The notes under the pieces were generated by a model. The model was not told where the DNA came from and searched no databases. It was given only the letters and a program-made list of their open reading frames with translations. From positions 2,214-66,213 of the forward strand of contig JACPBY010000002.1 in the NCBI GenBank assembly GCA_016180065.1: 64,000 bases of DNA, given 5' to 3'. How positions within the stretch are numbered: the first letter of the stretch is position 1; the number at the start of each line of letters is the position of its first letter. Origin of the DNA: Candidatus Woesearchaeota archaeon. Lineage in GTDB: Archaea; Nanobdellota; Nanobdellia; Woesearchaeales; UBA10216. The position numbers were made by a program, and so were the translations under genes. Shown piece after piece: positions 55,017 to 63,502 of the stretch.

Positions 55017-55063
55017 TATAGACAACTTTGATAATTTATCAAGACTTGTCAAAGTTGTCTAAG
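55017..55063. repeat. Hairpin element C (13-bp perfect stem, 17-nt loop), same family as A, B and D
   Basis: TAGACAACTTTGA (55019-55031) and TCAAAGTTGTCTA (55049-55061) are exact reverse complements. The flank TATAGACAACT is shared with element A. The loop ends in CTTG, as in A. Confidence 0.85.
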
Positions 55064-55221
55064 AGGATTTTGAACAAAAGTCAAATATTGGGGTTATTCA
55101 AAGTCCTCTATATAAAATTTATATCAACTTATCAACTGTGGTTGCTGTTTTTGAATTACTGCAATTGCAGCTAGAAATTCCGGCATAAGCTATGGCTAAT
55201 ATAGTTTTGGCAACAAAAAAC

Positions 55222-55230
55222 TTTAAATAT
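55222..55230 (+). promoter_or_regulatory. TATA-box candidate for the ribonucleotide reductase operon
   Basis: TTTAAATAT preceded by the purine-rich ACAAAAAAC (BRE-like). Transcription would start after the listed ATG at 55240, which favours the ATG at 55315 (GAGGTA lies 7 nt upstream of it). Confidence 0.4.
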
Positions 55231-55314
55231 GCCTGAATTATGAAAACCACAACAGATTGGGGTTTCAGGCGGGAGAGCTACACAACAGGTTGTATTTATT
55301 GCGAGGTAACGAAA

Positions 55315-58300
55315 ATGGGGCCAAAGGCTATTGATTCTGAAAGGGGCGCAATATCAGGCAAGGGAGCCAGCGCGAAGATGGCAATAAACATGAAAATGCC
55401 TGCGAAGGTTGTAAAGCGTGATGGGAGGATAGCAGACTTTGACCCTGAAAAGATAACAGCAGCCATCATGAAAGCCGCAAAGGCTGTTGGAGGCAGCGAC
55501 AGGAAGGAAGCTGAAAGGCTGACAGGGCTGGTTGTGGAAACAATAGCAAAATGGGACAAAATACCATCTGTTGAGGAAGTGCAGGATACTGTTGAGAAGG
55601 TGCTTATAGAAGAAGGCCATGCAAGGACTGCAAAGGCTTACATACTTTACAGGGCAAAAAGGGCGGAGTTCAGGGAGGCTGCTGCTGAGGCTGCAAAAGA
55701 CGGCGATGGAGAAAAGATTGCACTAGCAGACATGTTTGCACACAAAAGCAAGCTGGCATCCATAATTGGCTATGACCGGATTGAAGCTTACAAGAACCTG
55801 CTTCTTTACCTGAAAGACGCCCAAAAAAAAGGAGAGCTTCCTGCCCATCAGGGAGATTACCTTGGAGGGAACGAGCTTGCAACAAGCATATACCAGAAGA
55901 AATACTACCTCAAGGACCTCAACAACAAGCCCATCGAGAAAAAGCCTGAGGACACCTTTGCAAGGCTGGCTGCTTTCATGGCAGCTGTAGAGCAGGTTCC
56001 AGATAAGCAGAAGGAATGGGCCGTGCGGTTCTATATGGCGCTTTATGAGGGCTATTTTGTTCCCGGAGGGAGGGTAATCGCCGGAGGCGGAGACCTTTAC
56101 CGGCTCAAGACCCTCGCAAACTGCTTTGTTTCAGTAATAGCTGAAGACAACATTGAATCAATTTACCAGTCTGCCTATGAATGCGCGAGGACTTATTCTT
56201 ACGGCGGCGGGATTGGAGTTGACATATCAGTGCTAAGGCCGAAGGGCTCGGTAGTGCACAACGCAGCAGACACTTCCACAGGAAGCGTCTCGTTCATGGA
56301 GCTGTTCTCACTCACAACAGGGCTTATCGGGCAATCAGGAAGACGGGGAGCGCTGATGTTAACCATTGACATCAAGCATCCTGACAGCCCTGTTTTCATA
56401 AACGCCAAGAAAATACCGAACTGGGTGACGAACCAGATAGTTGAACAGTGCAAGTGGTCAGGCTTTTTTAACGACAAGCAACTCAAGGAAGTGGAACGGC
56501 AAGCAAGGGAAAACACACAAGTGAGGTTCGCAAACATCAGCCTGAAGGTAAGTGACGAGTTCATGCAGGCTGTGGAAGAGCAGAACAGGTATGGCGCTGA
56601 GAAAATCCTGGTCTACCTGAAAGAAAAATCAGTTTCGGGGCTGGGCGCAATGCAGGGAGGGGCAGTGCACTACTCCTACGGCATCCCTTCAAAGCCAATA
56701 GAGAAGTACAGGCTGCTCAAGACATTCGACAATGCTGATGAGCTTAACAAATTCCTTGCACAGCAAGGCCTGGCCAATGTGCCAGAAAAAGACCTTGGCG
56801 ATGCCACAAAAAGAGACATGTTCGGCGACCTGGTTATGAACCAGCCCGGCTCGGAGTTTGACCTTGCAATAAAAAATGCGGGGGATTTCATGCTGTACTA
56901 TAACTCCCGTGAAACCGGCGAGATGAAGCGGCTTGTAAAGGCAAGAACAGTCTGGAACGCGTTTGTAGAGGGAAATTACAGGACTGCAGAACCCGGGCTG
57001 ATATTCTGGAGCACCATGGCAAAATACTCACCATCAAACTACGTCGGCAGGCCAATAGCAAGCACGAACCCTTGCGCGGAGGTACCTCTTGAAGACGGCG
57101 GGGCATGCAACCTGGCTTCCGTGAACCTCTCAAGGTTTGTCAAAGACAGCTATACCGGCAAGGCAGCCATTGACTGGGAAGGCGTAAAAGACACAGTAGC
57201 TGTTGTTGTAAGGTTCCTGGACAATGTTGTGACGTGGAATGAACTGCTCAACCCCATGGAAAAGCAGAGAAGGGCAGCCTATGAGACACGAAGGGTTGGA
57301 CTGGGCGTGATGGGCATAGCAGACATGCTAAACCAGCTTGGCATCGGCTACGACAGCGAGGAAGGGCTGAAAATACTTGAAGATGCCGCAAAGCTGTTTG
57401 CCAACACCGCTTACCAGGCCTCTGCCGACCTTGCGGAGGAAAAAGCGCCTTCACCCATATTTGACTATGAAGCATACAGCAAAGGAAGGTTCTTCCAGGA
57501 AGCGCTGACAGAAGAAACAAAAGAGCGCATAAGGAAAAAAGGCCTGAGGAACATAGCAGTGCTTTCAATAGCCCCAACAGGCACAATATCCAACATTGTG
57601 CTTGGCTACAGGCTGGGAGACAAAAACTTCATAGGCGTAAGCGGCGGGATAGAGCCCGTATTCGCCCTTTACTATACGAGAAGGTCAGAAGGCTTAAGCT
57701 CAGGAGGCAGCAACATATTCTTCAAAATATTCCACTCAACCGTGGATGCATACCTCCACCAGCACAACCTGGCTGATGCTGCGCAGGGAACAAGGGACAG
57801 TGAAGAGCTGAAAAAAGTTCTGCCTAAACACTTCTTCAGGACAGCACACTTCATCAGCCCAAGCCAAAGAGTGCTTGTGCAGGGGCTCTGGCAAAAATAT
57901 GTTGACCACAGCATATCATCCACGGTGAACCTGCCCGAAGATATCGATCCGGAAACAATATCAAACATCTACCTTGATGCGTGGAAGCATGGCCTGAAAG
58001 GCATAACAGTATACCGGGAAGGCTCACGCTACCCCATACTCAGCACAGAAACCCAGAAAAGCGAATTCCAGAAGAACAAGGAAGAGCTATACGAAGTTGA
58101 GATTGACGGCGAGCAAAGGCCCATGAAGGAGGATGAAGTTGTTTCACTGCCAAACGGCAGGCTGACAACAGTCTACCATGCAATGAAAGCCGGCCAGCTG
58201 AAAAAAGAAGGCAAGCGATACGTTTTCGCAAAAAACCTTGGAACTGTTGAGGCTGTATCCCCAGCCGAGGCTGAAACAGCAGCAAAGGCAACAGTGGCTG

Positions 58301-58443
58301 CAAAAAAGCATGACGCACTGGAACCAGCATCTGCAGCCCAGCTGAGCATATGCCCATCGTGCGGCAACAAGACACTGAAGATAGAAAACGGATGCCACAC
58401 CTGCCTTAACGAGACATGCGGCTTCAGCAAGTGCGAGGTCTAG
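55315..58443 (+). CDS. nrdJ: Adenosylcobalamin-dependent (class II) ribonucleotide reductase with an N-terminal ATP-cone and a C-terminal Cys-rich Zn ribbon
   Basis: ATP-cone VVKRDGRIADFDPEKI. Active site NPCAEVPLEDGGACNLASVNL. C-terminal tail CPSCGNKTLKIENGCHTCLNETCGFSKC. The start is uncertain (55240, 55315 or 55378). Confidence 0.85.
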   Translation: MGPKAIDSERGAISGKGASAKMAINMKMPAKVVKRDGRIADFDPEKITAAIMKAAKAVGGSDRKEAERLTGLVVETIAKWDKIPSVEEVQDTVEKVLIEEGHARTAKAYILYRAKRAEFREAAAEAAKDGDGEKIALADMFAHKSKLASIIGYDRIEAYKNLLLYLKDAQKKGELPAHQGDYLGGNELATSIYQKKYYLKDLNNKPIEKKPEDTFARLAAFMAAVEQVPDKQKEWAVRFYMALYEGYFVPGGRVIAGGGDLYRLKTLANCFVSVIAEDNIESIYQSAYECARTYSYGGGIGVDISVLRPKGSVVHNAADTSTGSVSFMELFSLTTGLIGQSGRRGALMLTIDIKHPDSPVFINAKKIPNWVTNQIVEQCKWSGFFNDKQLKEVERQARENTQVRFANISLKVSDEFMQAVEEQNRYGAEKILVYLKEKSVSGLGAMQGGAVHYSYGIPSKPIEKYRLLKTFDNADELNKFLAQQGLANVPEKDLGDATKRDMFGDLVMNQPGSEFDLAIKNAGDFMLYYNSRETGEMKRLVKARTVWNAFVEGNYRTAEPGLIFWSTMAKYSPSNYVGRPIASTNPCAEVPLEDGGACNLASVNLSRFVKDSYTGKAAIDWEGVKDTVAVVVRFLDNVVTWNELLNPMEKQRRAAYETRRVGLGVMGIADMLNQLGIGYDSEEGLKILEDAAKLFANTAYQASADLAEEKAPSPIFDYEAYSKGRFFQEALTEETKERIRKKGLRNIAVLSIAPTGTISNIVLGYRLGDKNFIGVSGGIEPVFALYYTRRSEGLSSGGSNIFFKIFHSTVDAYLHQHNLADAAQGTRDSEELKKVLPKHFFRTAHFISPSQRVLVQGLWQKYVDHSISSTVNLPEDIDPETISNIYLDAWKHGLKGITVYREGSRYPILSTETQKSEFQKNKEELYEVEIDGEQRPMKEDEVVSLPNGRLTTVYHAMKAGQLKKEGKRYVFAKNLGTVEAVSPAEAETAAKATVAAKKHDALEPASAAQLSICPSCGNKTLKIENGCHTCLNETCGFSKCEV

Positions 58444-58447
58444 ACAA

Positions 58448-58564
58448 ATGAAAGAGTTTACTGACTGCCCGAACTGCGGCGGGCCCGTGGAAAAGGAAAT
58501 CAAAAAGGAAGGGACCTGCTTTAGCTGCAAGGATGAGAAGTGCGGCTGGGGCATATGCCTATGA
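58448..58564 (+). CDS. Free-standing Zn-ribbon mini-protein (38 aa)
   Basis: I translated it by hand as MKEFTDCPNCGGPVEKEIKKEGTCFSCKDEKCGWGICL*. GAGGT lies 8 nt upstream. Its stop overlaps the nrdR ATG (ATGA). The Cys spacing mirrors the RNR tail. Confidence 0.5.
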   Translation: MKEFTDCPNCGGPVEKEIKKEGTCFSCKDEKCGWGICL

Positions 58565-59007
58565 ACTGCCCTTACTGCAGCAACGAGGAACACAGGGTAG
58601 TTGACAAGCGCGAGGCAAACGAGGCTACCAGAAGAAGAAGGGAATGCCTCCGCTGCAAGAAGCGCTTTACAACTTATGAGAGGATAGAGCCTTTTGACCT
58701 TGCTGTTGTAAAAAAGGATGGCAGGAGAGAGCCGTTCAACCGTGAGAAGCTAAGGACCGGCTTTGCCAAGGCATGCGAGAAAAGGCCCATACCGCAGGAG
58801 AAAGTAGACAGCGCTGTTGACGAGATTGAAGCAGAGCTTCGCAAAGAGGAGAAAAAAGAGGTAAACAGCAGCCACATAGGCGAGCTTGTGATGAGAAAGC
58901 TCAAAAAGCTCGATAAAGTCGCTTACATAAGGTTTGCTTCGGTTTACAGGCAGTTCGCAGACCTTGAAAGCTTCCAGGATGAGCTGAAAAGGCTGATAAG
59001 GAAGTAA
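58561..59007 (+). CDS. nrdR: Transcriptional repressor NrdR (Zn ribbon + ATP-cone)
   Basis: MNCPYCSNEEHRVVDKR...RRRECLRCKKRFTTYE, then the ATP-cone VVKKDGRREPFNREKL...AYIRFASVY. Confidence 0.9.
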   Translation: MNCPYCSNEEHRVVDKREANEATRRRRECLRCKKRFTTYERIEPFDLAVVKKDGRREPFNREKLRTGFAKACEKRPIPQEKVDSAVDEIEAELRKEEKKEVNSSHIGELVMRKLKKLDKVAYIRFASVYRQFADLESFQDELKRLIRK

Positions 59008-59047
59008 TGCAGCAACATTTAAAAACGCCGCAAGCGGCTTGATTCTT

Positions 59048-59473
59048 ATGAAAGCCCGGATAAAGCGCATTGACAAGTCGCTGCCGCTGCCGACTTACCA
59101 GACTTCCGGCTCTGTAGGGTTTGACATTTACTCTCGCGAGGACATTGAAATAAAGCCGCATGAGATAGCCCTGATACCCGGCAACATCATTGTTGAAACG
59201 CCTCCAGGATATATGCTTCTTGTTGCTTTGCGAAGCTCAACGCCAAGAAAGAAAGGCTTAATAAAGCCTCACGGCATAGGAGTCATTGATAACGACTACT
59301 GCGGCGAAGGAGATGAGGTAAAGGTGCAGGTTCTGAACAACACAGGCAATGTTGTCAAGGTTGAAAAAGGGGAAAGGATAGCACAGGGCATATTCGTCAA
59401 GGTTGACAGGTTTGAATGGGAAGAAATGGATAGCATGGGAAAGACGAGAGGCGGATTCGGGAGTACTGGGTGA
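59048..59473 (+). CDS. dut: dUTP diphosphatase (trimeric dUTPase)
   Basis: GSVGFDIY...ALRSS...GVIDNDYCGE...RIAQ...RGGFGSTG, covering motifs 1-5. Confidence 0.85.
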   Translation: MKARIKRIDKSLPLPTYQTSGSVGFDIYSREDIEIKPHEIALIPGNIIVETPPGYMLLVALRSSTPRKKGLIKPHGIGVIDNDYCGEGDEVKVQVLNNTGNVVKVEKGERIAQGIFVKVDRFEWEEMDSMGKTRGGFGSTG

Positions 59474-59520
59474 CCTTCTTTGGCGCGGCAAAGAATGTCA
59501 ATCAAGAAATCCATATAACA

Positions 59521-60438
59521 ATGTCAAAAGTTACTATTGTTGGGGCAGGGTATGTTGGCGCAACCGCAGCCTATGCGCTGATGATTAAAGGGATTGCGGG
59601 AGAAATAGCGCTTATTGACATCAACAAGCAGAAAGCAGAAGGGGAGGCACTTGACCTTGAGCACGGCCTGCAGTTCGTCCACACCACCAAAGTAACATTT
59701 GGAGATGGCTACAGCCTCTGCAAAGGCTCTGATGTTGTGGTAGTATGCGCAGGGGCAAACCAAAAAAAAGGCGAAACACGGCTTGACCTTATCAGCAAAA
59801 ACGCAGCAATATTCAGGCAGATGATACCAAAGATAGCAAAGAACTGCCCAGGCTGCATCCTGTTGGTTGTGACCAACCCGGTGGATGTCCTGACTTACCT
59901 TGCTCTAAAATACTCCAAGTTTCCAAAAGAAAGAGTGATTGGCTCAGGAACCCTGCTTGACACGGCAAGGCTCAGGTACTGGCTCAGCCATTATTTTAAA
60001 GTCAGCCCGACACACATACACGCATTTGTGCTTGGCGAGCACGGAGACTCAGAATTCCCGGTCTGGAGCACAGCAAACATCTCAGGAAAGCCACTTAAGG
60101 AGTTACCGGAATACAGCTCAAAGCTGCTTCAAAAGGTTTTCAAAAAAACAAAAGAATCCGCATATGAAGTAATATCAAAAAAAGGAGCCACTTACTACGC
60201 CATAGGCCTTGCAATAGCCCAGATAGTGAGGGCAATACTGTCAGACAGGAACGACGTGCTGCCAGTATCAACCCTGGTGAGAAACTACTACGGAGCCAAC
60301 GGCGTCTGCCTCAGCCTGCCCTGCGTTGTGAACAGGAAAGGGGCTGAAAGACAGATAAGGCTTACGCTCAGCAAGCAGGAACAGGCAGCGCTGAAGAAAT
60401 CTTACAAAGTTCTAAAGAGCTGCATCAGCTCTGTTTGA
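59521..60438 (+). CDS. ldh: L-lactate dehydrogenase (LDH/MDH family, Gln at the specificity position)
   Basis: KVTIVGAGYVGATAAYAL, GANQKKGETRLDL (Q rather than R), NPVD and GEHGDSEFPVWS. Confidence 0.8.
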   Translation: MSKVTIVGAGYVGATAAYALMIKGIAGEIALIDINKQKAEGEALDLEHGLQFVHTTKVTFGDGYSLCKGSDVVVVCAGANQKKGETRLDLISKNAAIFRQMIPKIAKNCPGCILLVVTNPVDVLTYLALKYSKFPKERVIGSGTLLDTARLRYWLSHYFKVSPTHIHAFVLGEHGDSEFPVWSTANISGKPLKELPEYSSKLLQKVFKKTKESAYEVISKKGATYYAIGLAIAQIVRAILSDRNDVLPVSTLVRNYYGANGVCLSLPCVVNRKGAERQIRLTLSKQEQAALKKSYKVLKSCISSV

Positions 60439-61006
60439 AATCAAGGGGATCATCCTGCACATACGGCAAGTTCCTCTTCATCGCTATCTCCGCCTTCTGA
60501 AGCTCGCTCCCGAGGTATGCTGAGTGGGCAAGGCTTGAAACCAGCTTTTCACGGCAAATTGTGTTGTAAATCTCTTCAGCAGTCTTGCCCGCTATTTCTG
60601 CTGCAAGCTGGTGCTTTGCGTTGTAATACCTGACTTTGATAATGCCTTCAGCGGGAAAAGGCTTAATTGTGAAGAAGCCGAAAGGATCCATCTGCCACTC
60701 TTTGCTGCTGTCGTAGTGGGCGAGAATTTTCCTGACTTCAAGGTTCTTCTCAGGCTCAATGCCGAGAATGCTTTTGCCAGCAGACTTATCAATGACGCCA
60801 ATGGCATAAACCGGGCATACCCTGGCGCCTTCAACAGCCGATTTTATCTTATCCGAGCCGATTTTCAAAGACACTGCACCTGCCTGAGCGCATTTAAGCG
60901 CTACCTTGTTGCTTTCATCAACAGAAAAGATATCTGGAGCAACCTTCTCGCAAGAGCCAGCCCCGATGCACTTATTCCTGTCAATGCGGACTTCGTATTC
61001 CTGCAT
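60425..61006 (-). CDS. 4Fe-4S ferredoxin domain fused to a DUF4346-like module
   Basis: N-terminal CIGAGSCEKVAP...CP. The C-terminal DPFGFFTIK...AEEIYNTI...AYLGSELQKAEIAMK..YVQD is paralogous to the C-terminus of the ThyA-like protein at 3-422. Confidence 0.7.
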   Translation of the reverse strand: MQEYEVRIDRNKCIGAGSCEKVAPDIFSVDESNKVALKCAQAGAVSLKIGSDKIKSAVEGARVCPVYAIGVIDKSAGKSILGIEPEKNLEVRKILAHYDSSKEWQMDPFGFFTIKPFPAEGIIKVRYYNAKHQLAAEIAGKTAEEIYNTICREKLVSSLAHSAYLGSELQKAEIAMKRNLPYVQDDPLDFKQS

Positions 61007-61103
61007 GAGAAAGAGGAACAATGCGCATTTATTAAAGGTTGCTGGGAAAAATGCCCTAACAAAGCAAAATGTTTATATAAGTGCACTTATATACAAGGAA
61101 GAT

Positions 61104-61337
61104 ATGGCTGTCAAGACAATAACCATAACTGAAGAAGCTTACAACAGGCTCAGAGCTGCAAAGAGCGAGGGGGAAAGCTTCACGGATGCAATAATGAAAG
61201 TGACAAACAAAAACCCCCTCGATGCCCTGACAGGAATTTTGCCAAAAGAAGCTGCAGAAGAAATAAAGGCAAACATTGCCAGAACAAGGGAAGAAACAAG
61301 GAAAAAGATGAAACGGCTAATGGAGCGGTTCTCATGA
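61104..61337 (+). CDS. vapB: VapB-type antitoxin (archaeal COG1753-like)
   Basis: MAVKTITITEEAYNRLRAAKSEGESFTDAIMKV is the typical N-terminus of this family. Its stop overlaps the vapC ATG. Confidence 0.7.
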   Translation: MAVKTITITEEAYNRLRAAKSEGESFTDAIMKVTNKNPLDALTGILPKEAAEEIKANIARTREETRKKMKRLMERFS

Positions 61338-61726
61338 TACTTGACACAACCTTCCTCATAGACTTAACCCAAAATGACAAGGGAGCTGTTGAGCAGAAAC
61401 AATTCATGGCAGCAAGGAATGAAACCTGCCGAGTCAGCGTGGCCACAATTTTTGAGCTTTGGAGTGGCGTAACTTCTTCTAACCGGAGCGAAGAGGAAAA
61501 AAGGAAAGTGATAACTGCCCTCTTCGGACTGGCACTAATCAACATCAACAGGTCGATAGCTGAAAAAGCAGGGGAAATAAACGGCATGCTCCTAAAATCA
61601 GGCAACATGATAGAGCCGCTGGACACCATGATTGCTGCTACTGCCCTGCTTGAGAACGAAGCCTTGCTAACCAGAAATGTAAAACACTTTTCAAGGGTAA
61701 AAGGCCTGAGGATTGAGAGCTATTAG
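61334..61726 (+). CDS. vapC: VapC PIN-domain toxin
   Basis: MILDTTFLID (Asp 1), IFELW (Glu), DTMIAATAL (Asp) and LTRNVKHF. Confidence 0.8.
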   Translation: MILDTTFLIDLTQNDKGAVEQKQFMAARNETCRVSVATIFELWSGVTSSNRSEEEKRKVITALFGLALININRSIAEKAGEINGMLLKSGNMIEPLDTMIAATALLENEALLTRNVKHFSRVKGLRIESY

Positions 61727-62369
61727 AGCCGCAACAGCAAAAGCTGGACAGATAATAAACGCCCTGAAAAAGGAATATCCGAAAGCGAGGATATCACTGA
61801 ACAGCTCAAACCCAGTGCAGCTTCTTGTTTCTGTGATGCTCTCTGCCCAGTGCACAGACAAAAGGGTGAATATTGTTACGAGCAAACTTTTCATAAAGTA
61901 CAAAACAGCGGCAGATTTTGCAAGAGCCGACCTGAAAACGTTTGAGCAGGAGATAAGGCCGACAGGATTCTACAGGAACAAGGCAAGGAACATAATTGCT
62001 TCTGCAAAAATGATTGAAAATGAGTTTAACGGCAAAGTCCCGGACACAATGGAAAGCCTGCTGAAGCTGCCCGGAGTTGCGAGGAAAACAGCGAACATAG
62101 TGCTGAGCAACGCATACGGGAAACTGGAAGGAATTGCCGTGGACACGCACATGAAGCGCGTTAATTACAGGCTTGGCCTGACAAAGAATGCCAATCCGGA
62201 AAAGATAGAGCAGGACCTAATGAAAATAATCCCGAGCAAGCTCTGGAACACATACGCATACCTCATTATAGAGCACGGCAGGGCAGTCTGCAAAGCGCCT
62301 GTGCCGCACTGCAGCCGGTGCGTTCTCAACAAGATTTGCCCGAAGAATGGGGTTACGAAAAGGCTTTGA
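61713..62369 (+). CDS. nth: Endonuclease III (HhH-GPD DNA glycosylase with a 4Fe-4S cluster)
   Basis: LVSVMLSAQCTD, the hairpin LPGVARKTANIVL, the catalytic VDTH and CX6CX2CX5C (CKAPVPHCSRCVLNKIC). The TTG start overlaps the vapC 3' end. Confidence 0.85.
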   Translation: MRAIRAATAKAGQIINALKKEYPKARISLNSSNPVQLLVSVMLSAQCTDKRVNIVTSKLFIKYKTAADFARADLKTFEQEIRPTGFYRNKARNIIASAKMIENEFNGKVPDTMESLLKLPGVARKTANIVLSNAYGKLEGIAVDTHMKRVNYRLGLTKNANPEKIEQDLMKIIPSKLWNTYAYLIIEHGRAVCKAPVPHCSRCVLNKICPKNGVTKRL

Positions 62370-62394
62370 AGCTTTTCCCTCTGACAATTTAATT

Positions 62395-63438
62395 TTATGT
62401 CTTAGGATGTACAGAAACTGATTTGGCAAGACCAGTCAACTGCCCAGCTGTAAGATTTATGGCCTCATCGGGCTTTACACAAAAGACTCTTAAATGGTAT
62501 ATTGCAGAGCCTCCTTTTTGTGAAGTTGCCAATTGACCGCCATACAAGCTGCCCTGACCTGCCTCGCTTCCTCTTCCAATGCGTGCTGCACTAATTGAAA
62601 CGCCTCTTGTAGGGCTGCCTCCATAAAGCGTTGGGCTGCCTTTCATCTGACCGCCTAAATAGCGATCTCCCCCACTTCCGAATTCAGGCAAATCGTAGCT
62701 GCTCAGAATACTGCGCGGTGCTTCAACAGGAGTCGCTATCAGAACCATGTGGCCTGCTGAACTATGCAATAACAATTTCTCAAGAGCGGATAAATCAGGC
62801 ACACTGTCGGCGCTCCAATTAAACATCTTCTGCTGCGAGTTAATATCTTTAATTTCGGTTGTGAGCCTGCCGCCAGTTAATGCGAAATAAGCACTTAACA
62901 TATTTTGGCTTATTACAAGTACTTTGTAATGAGAATGCTGTGACGGAGAAAATGCTATTGTTGGCACAAACTCTGTCGCGAATTCCATGTTTGGAGCTAT
63001 CGGAAGCAATACAGCCACTTCAACAACAGGCGTGGCATCTGTGACTGATTCGCTAATGCCTAAAGTACCGATTATTTCTGACAAAGACCTCTGTTTTTGG
63101 AAAACCTCTCGTTCCTCCGGCACCCCAGACCATCTGTCAACAGCATATCTTCCAAGGCTATCAGCTACCAAACCCCACCTTTGAACATCCGTTAATATGA
63201 TGGGTGCATGATAAGTATAATAGCCCGTAATAGGCTTGCCATCGGCTTTCGGGTGTAAAGCCACTGCCAAGTTTGGATGGCTGGGGCTTATGGTTAGCTC
63301 AAAAGAGGAAGGGGATGTTGAATCAAAAGAGTTTGGCTTAACCCCAACCCACTTTACATCGTTTGGATAGCTGTCCCGCAAATCAAGAACCGCCTGGAGT
63401 GCACTTACAAAATCAAGGTAGCCTGCCTGCGACTGCAA
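62395..63438 (-). CDS. Hypothetical protein (347 aa)
   Basis: Long ORF with a TTG start (no in-frame ATG for about 150 codons). The C-terminal third is Gly/Ser-rich. No family recognised. Confidence 0.5.
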   Translation of the reverse strand: MQSQAGYLDFVSALQAVLDLRDSYPNDVKWVGVKPNSFDSTSPSSFELTISPSHPNLAVALHPKADGKPITGYYTYHAPIILTDVQRWGLVADSLGRYAVDRWSGVPEEREVFQKQRSLSEIIGTLGISESVTDATPVVEVAVLLPIAPNMEFATEFVPTIAFSPSQHSHYKVLVISQNMLSAYFALTGGRLTTEIKDINSQQKMFNWSADSVPDLSALEKLLLHSSAGHMVLIATPVEAPRSILSSYDLPEFGSGGDRYLGGQMKGSPTLYGGSPTRGVSISAARIGRGSEAGQGSLYGGQLATSQKGGSAIYHLRVFCVKPDEAINLTAGQLTGLAKSVSVHPKT

Positions 63439-63502
63439 CTCTTCCTTGATGGGAATTAACAGCTGCCATTTTGAAAAAGGTAATCAAACATATTTTATAA
63501 GC

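Noticed and set aside
54971-55314. Possible cobalamin riboswitch or canonical NrdR boxes upstream of the B12-dependent RNR
   Set aside because: I found no B12-box-like conserved core or multi-stem structure. Riboswitches of this class are not expected in archaea. No match to the 16-bp NrdR box consensus was found by eye. A computational scan is still advisable.
55240-55314. Upstream extension of the RNR ORF (MKTTTDWGF…)
   Set aside because: The TATA-like box at 55222-55230 would place the transcription start at or after this ATG. The ATG at 55315 has a GAGGTA SD. The extension has no similarity to RNR N-termini.
55315-58443. Intein within the 1040-aa ribonucleotide reductase
   Set aside because: The catalytic NPCAEVPLEDGGACNLASVNL segment and neighbouring conserved blocks are contiguous. 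No Cys/Ser…HN(C/S/T) splice-junction pattern or homing-endonuclease motifs were seen. The length is explained by the ATP-cone, a known insertion region and the Zn-ribbon tail.
59008-59047. GCCGC-AA-GCGGC hairpin after nrdR as an intrinsic terminator
   Set aside because: The stem is only 5 bp and lacks a following clean T-tract. dut follows 40 nt later and is probably co-transcribed.
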